A stretch of DNA of 64,000 bases from Nitrosomonas sp. (lineage in GTDB: Bacteria > Pseudomonadota > Gammaproteobacteria > Burkholderiales > Nitrosomonadaceae), in assembly GCA_008015595.1 (NCBI GenBank), contig SSFW01000048.1, positions 363 to 64,362 of the forward strand, read 5' to 3'. A program made the position numbers and the translations under genes. Positions 33,673 through 44,796 of this stretch are shown here, in pieces (the stretch's first letter is position 1; the number at the start of each line of letters is the position of its first letter). The notes below the pieces were generated by a model that saw only the letters and a program-made list of their open reading frames with translations, did no database searches and had not been told where the DNA came from.

Positions 33673-35107
33673 ATGCAAAATTCAATTGGTGAACAGTTGG
33701 TTGAGGATGGATTACTAACGCCTTCACAGCTAGCGCAGGCTTATACGTGGCAACAGCATAATGGAAGGCAATTGGCTTATGCAATCACGTATTTGGGTTT
33801 TGTAACTCAGGCACAATTAACTCACTATCTGAATTTAGAATTACCGGTACCGCAAAAAATAGAGGATACGGGCCTCTCAGAGGCTTTTTTGACGGACCTG
33901 CTGTTAAAATCTGCTTACTTAGAATCAGGCATTTTTTCTATACAAAGTATCACAAGTGCTTTATCGCTTCCTTTTAGCATAGTTAATCAGCTGATCGAAC
34001 TGATTCTCCGATCATTTAATTACCGTACGGGGAGCAGCGAGCTATACGAGTTCACAACCGCTCGAATTAACCCAACGCGGTAGAGAAAGAGCTGAAGCAG
34101 CTTTGCAAATTAGTTCGTATGTGGGTGCAGCACCTGTACCAATTGAAGTATACACGCATATATTGAATAAGCAGTCAGTGCGTCTAATTGAATTAGATCG
34201 TGAGTGGGTTTATTCATCATTGTCACATTTGGTGATGAGCGATCAGTTAATCAATCAATTGGGCCCCGCTTTTGCATCAGGACGCTCTGTATTTTTATAC
34301 GGGCAACCGGGTGTAGGAAAAACCAGTATTGCGGAGGCACTGGGTAATAGTTTACCCGGTGAGGTCTATATTCCTCAGGCGCTAGAAGTAGGCGGGCAGA
34401 TCATACGATTTTATGACCCTGTGACTCATGTCAGTATCGAATCTGATCAAACGGAACACGTGTCACAGTTAGATTTGAGTAATAAGTTAACTTATGATCC
34501 GCGCTGGAAAAAGTGTCGTAGACCAGTCATTATGGTGGGAGGTGAACTCACCTTAGATATGCTTGAATTAAAATACGATGCGGTGAGTAAATTTTACGAA
34601 GCACCTATTCATATGAAGGCGAGTAATGGTGTTTTCATCCTCGATGACTTCGGTCGGCAGCGTGTCGATCCCCGTCAGTTATTAAACCGCTGGATTATTC
34701 CGCTGGAGAAAGGGGTTGATTTTCCATCGCTACATACCGGATTGAAATTTAAAATCCCTTTTGATCAAATTACTGTTTTTTCAACGAATCTCAAACCAAC
34801 AGATTTAGTGGATGAAGCATTTCTCCGTCGAATTCGTCATAAGATTCATATTCCGAATCAAACGGAAGGAGAATATAAAGAGATATTGCGCAGGGCATGC
34901 CATACTTATGGCGTTCATTACGATAGTAGCGTCGTAGAGTATCTATTGAATAATCATTATCGTAAGCAAAATCGTACGCTAGCAGGAAGCCATCCGCGTG
35001 ATTTGCTCGAACATATTATTGAATACGCTGCATTCTTGAAACAAACACCAGAATTTACCATTGAAACGGTTAATGCAGCTGCAGCTAATTACTTTGTCGA
35101 TCTATAA
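33673..35107 (+). pseudogene. AAA+ ATPase with N-terminal MshEN-like domain, frameshifted near 34005
   Basis: 5' ORF starts with IGEQLVEDGLLTPSQL..Q..G. The second frame is open from ~34004 (SDHLITVRGAASYTSSQPLELTQRGRERAEAALQ) into Walker A GQPGVGKT and Walker B ILDDFGRQ. Confidence 0.75.
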
Positions 35108-35137
35108 ATAATCGAACTGGGATTGCAGTAACCGTTT

Positions 35138-36106
35138 CTAATGATTGCGAGTTACCGCAAACTCAGCGAGCTGTAATAGGCAATCTTTATAATGAGAGCT
35201 TTTTAACAGAGATATCGCTTTGGCCGCAATTTCGACTTCCTGGTAAGCACGTTGTTTAGCGTAGTTAAGTGCCCCCGTTTCTTCGATAATCGTTAGGATA
35301 GAATCAAACCCACTTTCTCCCCCAGTTTCAATTGCTTTACGAATGACGTTTGCTTGTTGAGCTGAGCCAGTTCGCATCGCATAAATGAGGGGTAATGTCG
35401 GCTTACCCTCAGCGAGATCATCTCCTAAATTTTTGCCCGTATCTTGATGATCCCCGGAATAATCGAGCAAGTCATCGATGAGTTGGAATGCCGTACCGAG
35501 ATGCATCCCATAAACGGCCATGGCATTTTCTTCTTCTTCCGTAGCATTACCAAGAATTGCACCTAAGCGTGTCGCTGCCTCAAAAAGTTTGGCTGTTTTA
35601 TAGCGAATAACCCGTAGGTAATTATCTTCTTCTACATTGGGATCTCGGCAATTGAGCAGTTGTAATACTTCACCTTCGGCAATGACATTGGTCGCATCAG
35701 CAAGAACCTGCATAACACGCATACTGTTGACTTCTACCATCATTTGGAAAGCACGTGAATAGAGGAAATCACCAACCAATACGCTGGCTGCATTACCAAA
35801 TAATGCATTGGCTGTTGCATTGTTTCGTCTCAGTTCCGATTCATCAACAACATCGTCGTGCAATAAGGTTGCGGTATGAATGAATTCAACAACGGCAGCA
35901 AGCTGATGATGGTATTTTCCACTATAACCGAATACGCCCGCAGATAAGATGACTAATGCTGGGCGTAAACGTTTACCGCCATTGTTAATAATATACTCAC
36001 TGATTTGCCGAATCAGCGCAACTTGAGAATAGAGTTTTTGGCGTATTACTTCATCCACCGCGCTCATATCTTGAGCGATAAAATTTCTTACAGAATCTAT
36101 AGACAC
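35138..36106 (-). CDS. ispB: Octaprenyl-diphosphate synthase
   Basis: GGKRLRP, LLHDDVVD, FQLIDDLLD; divergent from rplU. Confidence 0.95.
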   Translation of the reverse strand: MSIDSVRNFIAQDMSAVDEVIRQKLYSQVALIRQISEYIINNGGKRLRPALVILSAGVFGYSGKYHHQLAAVVEFIHTATLLHDDVVDESELRRNNATANALFGNAASVLVGDFLYSRAFQMMVEVNSMRVMQVLADATNVIAEGEVLQLLNCRDPNVEEDNYLRVIRYKTAKLFEAATRLGAILGNATEEEENAMAVYGMHLGTAFQLIDDLLDYSGDHQDTGKNLGDDLAEGKPTLPLIYAMRTGSAQQANVIRKAIETGGESGFDSILTIIEETGALNYAKQRAYQEVEIAAKAISLLKSSHYKDCLLQLAEFAVTRNH

Positions 36107-36129
36107 AACTTCCCCTTGTATAAAACACT

Positions 36130-36159
36130 ATGGTAGGAATGTCTTTACTAGAGTGTCAA
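36130..36159 (-). promoter_or_regulatory. Putative sigma70 promoter of ispB
   Basis: Minus strand TTGACA-N18-TACCAT, 24 nt upstream of the start codon. Confidence 0.55.
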
Positions 36160-36252
36160 GTCGGATCATTCGTTTAAGATTGTTTTTTTATCACACAAAA
36201 CGCTTATAGGAAGGTATAATTCATGCCAATTAGTGGAAAGGGTATGAACGAT

Positions 36253-36564
36253 ATGTATGCAGTGATTAAAACAGGCGGTAAGCAATACCGCGTTGAAGTC
36301 GGTAATAAGCTTAAAATCGAGCAAATTAAAGCAGATGCCGGAAGTGATATCGAGCTTGATCAAGTGCTCATGGTCGCAAATGGAGATGATGTCACGGTTG
36401 GTAAACCTTACCTTGAAAAAGCGAAGGTAAATGCTTCTGTTCTATGTCATGGTCGCCATGACAAGATTCGCATCTTTAAAATGCGGCGACGCAAGCACTA
36501 TCAAAAGCACCAAGGACATCGGCAAAATTATACTGAAATTCAAATTACTAATATTTCAGCATAA
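36253..36564 (+). CDS. rplU: 50S ribosomal protein L21
   Basis: [12 protein letters not shown]...GHRQ. Start corrected to ATG 36253; TATAAT at 36215-36220. Confidence 0.97.
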   Translation: MYAVIKTGGKQYRVEVGNKLKIEQIKADAGSDIELDQVLMVANGDDVTVGKPYLEKAKVNASVLCHGRHDKIRIFKMRRRKHYQKHQGHRQNYTEIQITNISA

Positions 36565-36579
36565 GATAGGAGAATTTAG

Positions 36580-36837
36580 ATGGCACATAAGAAAGCGGGC
36601 GGAAGCTCAAGAAACGGACGCGATTCACACTCCAAGCGCCTAGGGGTTAAGCGCTATGGCGGCGAACTAATTAAAGCGGGAAATATTATCGTTCGTCAGC
36701 GTGGAACACAATTTCATCCTGGTGATAATGTGGGAATGGGTAAAGACCATACATTATTCGCAAAAATTGAAGGGAAAGTGCTCTTTAGTATGAAAAGTTC
36801 ATTTAACCGTAGGACTGTATCGATAGTCCCCGTTTAA
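36580..36837 (+). CDS. rpmA: 50S ribosomal protein L27
   Basis: [16 protein letters not shown]. Confidence 0.98.
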   Translation: MAHKKAGGSSRNGRDSHSKRLGVKRYGGELIKAGNIIVRQRGTQFHPGDNVGMGKDHTLFAKIEGKVLFSMKSSFNRRTVSIVPV

Positions 36838-36850
36838 CTGATAGAAATGA

Positions 36851-36888
36851 ATAAAAAGCCCCATTCAAGTGATGGGGCTATTTTATTT
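36851..36888 (+). terminator. Intrinsic terminator after rpmA
   Basis: AGCCCCAT/ATGGGGCT stem flanked by an A-tract and ATTTTATTT. Confidence 0.8.
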
Positions 36889-36974
36889 GTAACTTAATTT
36901 TATAATTAGTTGTTACTGAAATTTGTAAATTTGTTTCCTGTTTTTTTTGCGTATTAATTTTTCTACTACGATAG

Positions 36975-38006
<1,032 letters not shown>

Positions 38007-38008
38007 TC

Positions 38009-39130
38009 ATGAATCAAGCTGTACTTAGCGCTGCACGTCGCATTGTGATCAAAGTGGGAAGTAGTTTAGTAACGAATCAGGGGCAAGGACTCGATCATCA
38101 AGCCCTTGCAGGTTGGGCAAAGCAAATTTCTGCGCTAAAGCAGTTAGGGAAAGAAATCATTCTGGTTTCTTCGGGTGCCATTGCAGAGGGAATGCAAAGA
38201 CTAAGTTGGAAGAAACGTCCTACTGCGATCTATGAGCTGCAGGCCGCAGCGGCGGTTGGTCAAATGGGTCTAGCGCAGGCGTACGCAGACTGTTTTAGTC
38301 AATACGATTTGCTTACAGCACAAATATTATTGACACATGATGATTTATCGAACCGGAAACGCTATCTCAATGCCCGATCTACACTGAGCACGTTATTAAA
38401 GTTAAATATTATTCCAGTCATCAATGAGAATGATACCGTGGTCATCGATGAAATACGATTTGGCGATAACGATACGCTGGCTGCATTGGTAACCAATCTC
38501 GTAGAGGCAGAGGTTCTGGTTATTTTGACCGATCAATCGGGCTTATTTACCAGTGACCCTCGCAAGAATGATAACGCAACCCTTGTTCAGGAGGCCAATG
38601 CGGGAGATCCTGAAATTGAGGCAATGGCCGGTGGTGCAGGGAGTGAAATTGGGCGAGGTGGAATGCAGAGTAAAGTCATTGCCGCTAAACGGGCTGCTAG
38701 AAGTGGGGCGCATACAGTGATTGCATCAGGGCACGAGCGTGAAGTCCTAGTCCGTTTAGCAAAAGGTGAAGCAATTGGAACCTGTTTGCTAGCTAATACA
38801 CCCGTGTTAATTGCCCGGAAACAATGGTTGGCAGACCATCTTCAGATTCGCGGAAGCGTGATTCTAGATAGCGGCGCAATTAAAGCCTTAGTTGAAGAGG
38901 GTAAGAGTTTATTACCCATTGGCGTGATCGATGTAAAGGGAGAATTCGATCGGGGAGAGGCGGTTTCATGCATGGATACAGACGGTAACGAATTAGCACG
39001 CGGTTTAATTAATTATAGTGCGAGAGAAACACGCAAAATCATGCGACAACCCAGCCAAAATATTGAAGAACTGCTCGGTTATTTAGATGAATACGAACTT
39101 ATCCATCGCAACAATTTAGTAATTCTCTAA
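38009..39130 (+). CDS. proB: Glutamate 5-kinase
   Basis: VIKVGSS, VINEND, FGDND, PUA domain. Confidence 0.97.
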   Translation: MNQAVLSAARRIVIKVGSSLVTNQGQGLDHQALAGWAKQISALKQLGKEIILVSSGAIAEGMQRLSWKKRPTAIYELQAAAAVGQMGLAQAYADCFSQYDLLTAQILLTHDDLSNRKRYLNARSTLSTLLKLNIIPVINENDTVVIDEIRFGDNDTLAALVTNLVEAEVLVILTDQSGLFTSDPRKNDNATLVQEANAGDPEIEAMAGGAGSEIGRGGMQSKVIAAKRAARSGAHTVIASGHEREVLVRLAKGEAIGTCLLANTPVLIARKQWLADHLQIRGSVILDSGAIKALVEEGKSLLPIGVIDVKGEFDRGEAVSCMDTDGNELARGLINYSARETRKIMRQPSQNIEELLGYLDEYELIHRNNLVIL

Positions 39131-39181
39131 TCTTTTTGATAAGCTCCTTCTAATTCTCAATTGTTTGGAAAGAATTGATCC

Positions 39182-39790
39182 ATGAATAAATCGGATGTTG
39201 AAATCCTTGAGAAAAAATTGTGTTACCAAGGTTTTTTCAGAATGGAGCGTTACGCGCTGCGTCATCGATTGTTTAATGGAACCTGGGGTAAACCGATTGT
39301 TCGTGAACTGATGGAGCGAGGACATGCGGCTGCTGTTCTTCCCTATGATCCTGTGAGCGATTGTGTCGTTATGATTGAGCAATTTAGAATTGGCGCTGTG
39401 TCTGCACCGGGCGGACCTTGGTTGCTGGAGATTGTTGCAGGAATTATTGAACGGGATGAACCAGCAGAACAGGTTGTGAAGCGAGAGGCAGTAGAAGAAG
39501 CCGGTTGTACGATTCATGAGTTGATTCCGCTCTTTGATTATCTGGTGAGTCCAGGCGGTACATCAGAGCGAATCGCGTTATATTGCGGTCGAGTCGAGGC
39601 AAATCATATCGTTGGTGGTTTTTATGGTATCGAGGATGAAGGGGAAGATATCAAGGTTCATGTAATGCCTTTTGCTGAAGCGTTATCATTATTGAATACT
39701 GGAAAAATTGCGGCAGCAAGCGCCATCATTGCACTTCAATGGCTAGCACTGAATCGAGATTCCGTTCGTAACCGCTGGCTTACAGCATAG
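39182..39790 (+). CDS. nudF: ADP-ribose pyrophosphatase (Nudix)
   Basis: ERGHAAAVLPYDP, IEQFR, Nudix box AG....E....REAVEEAG, EGEDI. Confidence 0.88.
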   Translation: MNKSDVEILEKKLCYQGFFRMERYALRHRLFNGTWGKPIVRELMERGHAAAVLPYDPVSDCVVMIEQFRIGAVSAPGGPWLLEIVAGIIERDEPAEQVVKREAVEEAGCTIHELIPLFDYLVSPGGTSERIALYCGRVEANHIVGGFYGIEDEGEDIKVHVMPFAEALSLLNTGKIAAASAIIALQWLALNRDSVRNRWLTA

Positions 39791-39803
39791 AATTCAGAAA
39801 CTA

Positions 39804-40316
39804 TCACCTTACAACACGCGGGTGAATACCGGCCTTGAGTGCCTGAATCGCTTCTTGTTGGCTACCTACCATGATATCTTGTGGACAAAAATAAAATTTG
39901 GCTAACTCACGTAGTGCATGATTCTGCCCGACATTATTGAGTAACTGCCATTCAGGTTGTCGTGAATGCGCCCATGTTTTATTCAGGCGACCTACCGCAT
40001 AGCGTTTTCTTTCTCGTGTTCTACAACGAATTCCCTCAAAGCTGATATTTTCTGCACCTTCTGAAGATTTTGAAACGAGCGTAAAGCGAATGACACTATC
40101 TTCTCCAATTGCAATAGACTGCGCATCAACATAATGTCGCATATCATTGGCAGGGCCTGCATCGAATTCGAGTAAATTCTCTGTTTCAGGATAATTAGGT
40201 AATTGGGCCTGAATCTCAACCCAATTTTTACTGTTATCGAAGGTGTCGACGAATTTCTCATTACTTGAGCAAGAAACTAGGCTGACCAAACTTAGAAATA
40301 CTAACCTTAATTTCAT
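39804..40316 (-). CDS. CNP1-like family protein, probable lipoprotein
   Basis: W.E....LP..P, GAENISFEGIRC and YFC motifs; lipobox-like LVSC. Confidence 0.8.
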   Translation of the reverse strand: MKLRLVFLSLVSLVSCSSNEKFVDTFDNSKNWVEIQAQLPNYPETENLLEFDAGPANDMRHYVDAQSIAIGEDSVIRFTLVSKSSEGAENISFEGIRCRTRERKRYAVGRLNKTWAHSRQPEWQLLNNVGQNHALRELAKFYFCPQDIMVGSQQEAIQALKAGIHPRVVR

Positions 40317-42292
40317 GGCAAATTTAGGTCATTGAGTAAAGCTGCACGGATAGGATTTTTGATAGCTTCAGTGATTGCTTCATAATAAGGGTGACTCACG
40401 CCGATACGCAATGTAGACCCACGATATAATGCCTGAATTTGCTCATGACTCAATTCAAAGCGAAGGAAGTGAACCGACGATGTTTTTACTTCATTTTCCC
40501 GATCTAAATCTTCGTCGGCAATCGCAAGAATTTTTTCATATCCTTCTACTTCAATCCAGACTTTATCTTCAATTCCAATGAGTTGTGCTAACCTTTCTGC
40601 CCGTTCTTCAGGATCAGCGTACTCGATCATCATGGTTACTTTCCAATTGGTACCATCAGGAACTAAGGGAGCATAAGCCGCTAGTTCTTGCAAGATTCCT
40701 TCCTCGTCAAATATTTTCTCTGCACGAAGCATTTCCTGGATTTGATAGCGAATGGTGAGCTCATCTTCAAATAATAGCGTTATATGCTCACCGAGTGCTA
40801 TCAAGCGATCCTTTTTATGCGCAATGACCTGAGTGCGAAATTGTTGTCGAGCTTTGGCGTAAGCTTCCAGTGTCATGAGGCTTTCGCGTGAGATTTTTGC
40901 CATAGAATTTTTGTTCTCGTGGGATGGTTGGGCAACCATCGATGGTTCAGATAATGAAGGTTTATTTTCACCGTAAGCGAGGCGCAACAGTGTCAACGGA
41001 TGAAGTTTTTGCGCACGATGATGACCAATTCCCTGCTGTATATGTCGTGCTGCAATAGCGCAATCGGAGCAGATATAATCAGGATCGGGCGCCGCCATTT
41101 GGTTAAAAACAGGTTTACCGATTTTCATGGAGTCTGAGAAAAATTCACGTTTGACGCCCCATGTACCATCATGACCGGAGCAGCGTTCAATGGTTGTTAC
41201 GTGAGTATCCGGAATGAGCTGTAGAAGGTCTCTGGTTTTCTTACCGATATTTTGCACGCGTAAGTGGCAAGGAATGTGGTAAGAAATTTTTCCGAGTGAA
41301 CAGGTAAAATCCATTTTCAGGAGTTGATCCTGATGACGCAACATAAAGTACTCGAAAGGATCAAATATAGCCGCAGCGACTGCTTGAACCGCTTCATCGT
41401 CAGGGAACATCAGCGGTAATTCTTGCTTGAACATCAGCGTACAAGAAGGTACGGCGGTAAGAATGGCATAGCCCGTTTGAGCAAGTTTGGCGAGAATTGG
41501 GATATTCTTATCTTTGTATTCTTCGACTTTCTCTAAATTGCCTAACTCTAGCTGAGGCATACCACAACAGACTTCTTGTTCAACCAAACAAGTAGGTATT
41601 TCGTTATGCGCTAATATTTGCAGTAAGTCATGCCCAATATTGGGTTCGTTGTAGTTGATATAACAGGTTGCAAAAATGGCAACGTTACCCGGAGTTCTCG
41701 CTCCTTCTTTTTCAATGAAATCAGAATTGGGCTGTGCGTGGTTACGAAATTTTTGTGGCGCGTAATCGGGTAACTTCCTGTCGGCATGAATGCCCAATGT
41801 GTTTTCCAATAACTTTCTGGCTACCGGCATTTTGGTGAGCGTATTGGTTACTTGAACAACGACAGGAATGGTTGCTAATTTTCCAACGGTATCGGTATTC
41901 GCTAATAACTTGTCACGGAATGGCGCACCTTGTTTTTTATATTTAACAGCCTTAGCGCGCAGCATTAAATGGGGAAAATCAATGTTCCATGGGTGAGGAG
42001 GGACATAAGGGCATTTTGTCATGAAACACATATCGCATAAATAGCAGCGATCGACTACTTCCCAGAAGGTTTTTTTTTCTACCCCGTCTAGTTCACCGGT
42101 TTTCCCATCATCGATTAAATCAAATAACTTTGGGAATGCGGTACATAAATTAACGCAGCGTCGGCATCCATGGCAAATATCAAAAACGCGATTCATTTCC
42201 TCAAAGAGCCGATCTTCATTATAAAAATCAGTTTGCTTCCAATTGAGGGGATGGCGTTTAGGGGCTTCGAGGCTGCCTTCGCGAGTAGTCAT
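40313..42292 (-). CDS. Rubrerythrin-associated Fe-S oxidoreductase (4Fe-4S dicluster + CCG domains) fused to DUF3501
   Basis: CHGCRRCVNLC, CYLCDMC...CP, CCG and CSG motifs. C-terminal ~196 aa carry the DUF3501 pattern (TIRYQIQEMLRAE, KTSSVHFLRF). Confidence 0.88.
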   Translation of the reverse strand: MTTREGSLEAPKRHPLNWKQTDFYNEDRLFEEMNRVFDICHGCRRCVNLCTAFPKLFDLIDDGKTGELDGVEKKTFWEVVDRCYLCDMCFMTKCPYVPPHPWNIDFPHLMLRAKAVKYKKQGAPFRDKLLANTDTVGKLATIPVVVQVTNTLTKMPVARKLLENTLGIHADRKLPDYAPQKFRNHAQPNSDFIEKEGARTPGNVAIFATCYINYNEPNIGHDLLQILAHNEIPTCLVEQEVCCGMPQLELGNLEKVEEYKDKNIPILAKLAQTGYAILTAVPSCTLMFKQELPLMFPDDEAVQAVAAAIFDPFEYFMLRHQDQLLKMDFTCSLGKISYHIPCHLRVQNIGKKTRDLLQLIPDTHVTTIERCSGHDGTWGVKREFFSDSMKIGKPVFNQMAAPDPDYICSDCAIAARHIQQGIGHHRAQKLHPLTLLRLAYGENKPSLSEPSMVAQPSHENKNSMAKISRESLMTLEAYAKARQQFRTQVIAHKKDRLIALGEHITLLFEDELTIRYQIQEMLRAEKIFDEEGILQELAAYAPLVPDGTNWKVTMMIEYADPEERAERLAQLIGIEDKVWIEVEGYEKILAIADEDLDRENEVKTSSVHFLRFELSHEQIQALYRGSTLRIGVSHPYYEAITEAIKNPIRAALLNDLNLP

Positions 42293-42386
42293 AGCAGAAA
42301 AATTACAACTAATTAGACAAATTATCCGGTAAATAAAGTATTACCGAGTTTATCAATATTTATATATTGACTAGATTCCATTCTTA

Positions 42387-42414
42387 AAGCCAAGCAAAGG
42401 CTTTTGCTTGGCTT
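42387..42414. terminator. 12-bp perfect hairpin between rubrerythrin and the oxidoreductase
   Basis: AAGCCAAGCAAA-GGCT-TTTGCTTGGCTT. Confidence 0.6.
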
Positions 42415-42453
42415 GCTTTGAAATAGACTACTGTCGATTAACGATCAAAATGG

Positions 42454-42873
42454 TTAATCAGTAAAACCATCCAACGCCCGTTGGAAACGGTTTGCATGGG
42501 AACGTTCAGCTTTGGCAAGTGTTTCAAACCAATCCGCAATTTCGGTAAAACCTTCATCGCGTGCCGTTTTGGCCATTCCAGGATACATGTCGGTATATTC
42601 GTGAGTTTCACCCGCAATCGCCGTTTTGAGATTATCGCGTGAGGAACCAAATGGCAGACCTGTTGCTGGATCACCACAGGATTCAAGGTACTCTAGATGA
42701 CCATGAGCATGGCCTGTTTCACCTTCGGCTGTAGAGCGGAATACCGCAGCCACATCATTTTGCCCTTCGACATCCGCTTTGGCAGCAAAATAAAGATAGC
42801 GACGATTAGCTTGGGATTCACCCGCAAACGCAGCTTTTAAATTTCCCTCGGTTTTTGATCCTTTTAATTGCAT
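42454..42873 (-). CDS. rbr: Short (aerobic-type) rubrerythrin lacking a rubredoxin domain
   Basis: [30 protein letters not shown]-type di-iron ligands (LAKAERSHA); no CxxC tail; AAGGAG RBS. Confidence 0.93.
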   Translation of the reverse strand: MQLKGSKTEGNLKAAFAGESQANRRYLYFAAKADVEGQNDVAAVFRSTAEGETGHAHGHLEYLESCGDPATGLPFGSSRDNLKTAIAGETHEYTDMYPGMAKTARDEGFTEIADWFETLAKAERSHANRFQRALDGFTD

Positions 42874-43005
42874 AACTCTCTCCTTTTTGCAATGCAGTTA
42901 ATCAAAATAGACAAACAAACTATGAATTTGCAATCTCGTAGGCAAAAGAGATGGATCGAAATCATCTCTGATCATGGTAATAGGATTCTAGTTATCCTTT
43001 CCATG

Positions 43006-43034
43006 AGACTATCGAACAGACTGATTGATGTCAA
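43006..43034 (-). promoter_or_regulatory. Putative sigma70 promoter of the rbr operon
   Basis: Minus strand TTGACA-N17-TAGTCT about 130 nt upstream of rbr. Confidence 0.55.
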
Positions 43035-43345
43035 CTACAGAGTTTGCTGAAATTTCTCAATAGTTCCTCGATCCTACTGTTTCAGTTGCGAATTAGAATT
43101 TTCAAAAGCGTAAAAATTAAGGAAATATCGTGCATGCAGAAAGTATCAGGTATTCATTTTCTGGTTACTTCATATCGATTGAAGATTTATCGCAATATTG
43201 CCTTAACCAGCCATGAGAGAAGCAATAAACAATTTATAATAGGCTAAGGTGAGGAAAATCATATCGAGTCTGAACCTGCTGGTTTCGTAAATTGATTTTT
43301 GGTTCTTTGGAAAATATTTCTACAAAAAATAACTAAACTAACCCT

Positions 43346-44641
43346 ATGAAAATAACACTAATCGTGTTCGCCATAGCGCTTATGACAGTGTTTTTTATCT
43401 CTAGTTGTTCAAGTGGCAGTGGCATGAATCGTATCGAAAAAGACATTGCTTACGGCCCTTTTACTATCCGTGCCACGGCGACCCGGAGCAAGCAGTTCAA
43501 TATGAATTACGGTACCATGGCGAGCCAGACAAACGTTGCTTACACGATTTTGCATAATGGTAAACCGATTGCCTTTCCTGAAGCACTTCAAAGTAATACA
43601 GGATTGCCTTACTTGTGGCGTGTCTATAGTCTACCTGATGCAACAGACCCGACTCTAATAGCCGGTAGCCAAAGTTTGTATCTGGTTTACCTAAAAGGGG
43701 GCGCACCTGTCGTCGAATCGATTTTAGAGCAGCACCATGATTTTGCTTCAGTGCAATTCTTGGATAGCCAGAACGGTCAACCAGGGCCTTATTTGGAAGT
43801 TTATGCCAAAAGTAACACCGATGATTTAGATCAATTGGACGCTCTTGTGGGTGGACGATATTTGTTGGTGAGTAAACATGCGGTGCTCGATGTACAAACC
43901 CGCAGTATCCAGCGCTTCAATGTCAATAACAGCGATGTAGAAAATTATTCCTTTCCTTCCCCTGATGGAGCCCTGGCATTTTCACCTGACCGCAAGAATA
44001 TCGTTTTCCGGGGAGCGTTTCAAAGTTGGAACACAGCGGATGAAGATTTGCCTGATTCCGAACGCGCACTTGTGGTGTATAACTTTGAACAGGATAGTGG
44101 TTATGCAGTTGAATTTGATGAGACTGCGTTGCGTTTACTCAGCGTCGATGAAATGGATTTTCCATGGTTTGAAAAGTTTTTCGAATGGGAAAAATCGGCA
44201 CAAGGGGATCGGCTGCGACTCCGTAAGCTTGAAAAAACACCTTACTGGAAGGGTAGATTCAAAGTTGATTACGCCTATCCTTATTACACGCTTTACCCGG
44301 TGAGGGCAACTATGTTGCCTGTATTCTTGGCATTCGTGGAGCAACAAACCGGGTGGACCAAAGCCGATCTCATTGAGGATAAATTTCACGAATACACAGG
44401 CCGTATCCTAACGTTTGCTTCCGGCGCATTAAAATTTGATGTGACGATGAAAGAAGATGAGCAAATCCTGCAATTCAGCAAACATATCTATGCTGCTGAT
44501 AATCCGGAATACACGACTTTTGTGAAAAAAATAGCGGATGCTTTCGACGCGGATCTTGCCTTAGGTAAACACCAGGAGCATTTTGGGGAAATCACGAGTG
44601 ATACCAAAAAAATTCGTGATGCTGGAAAGAAAAAAGAATAA
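43346..44641 (+). CDS. Hypothetical lipoprotein
   Basis: 431-aa ORF with a signal peptide ending ISSC; ALAFSPD suggests a beta-propeller-like strand. Confidence 0.75.
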   Translation: MKITLIVFAIALMTVFFISSCSSGSGMNRIEKDIAYGPFTIRATATRSKQFNMNYGTMASQTNVAYTILHNGKPIAFPEALQSNTGLPYLWRVYSLPDATDPTLIAGSQSLYLVYLKGGAPVVESILEQHHDFASVQFLDSQNGQPGPYLEVYAKSNTDDLDQLDALVGGRYLLVSKHAVLDVQTRSIQRFNVNNSDVENYSFPSPDGALAFSPDRKNIVFRGAFQSWNTADEDLPDSERALVVYNFEQDSGYAVEFDETALRLLSVDEMDFPWFEKFFEWEKSAQGDRLRLRKLEKTPYWKGRFKVDYAYPYYTLYPVRATMLPVFLAFVEQQTGWTKADLIEDKFHEYTGRILTFASGALKFDVTMKEDEQILQFSKHIYAADNPEYTTFVKKIADAFDADLALGKHQEHFGEITSDTKKIRDAGKKKE

Positions 44642-44796
44642 AGCAGTCAGCTATTTTATCGGACTGACAATATGTTGGATTATCTTCTTCAAGTAGAAAA
44701 AAAGTTATTAAAAACGGCAATCTATATCTATAAATTGCAAAAAGATTTTGTGGAAGTTTCTCACAATTAATGGTTTATTTATTTTTTAAAGGAGAA

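Noticed and set aside
42868-43247. Short ORFs 42868-43050 and 43044-43247
   Set aside because: TTG starts, no RBS, no recognisable motifs; they overlap the predicted rbr promoter.
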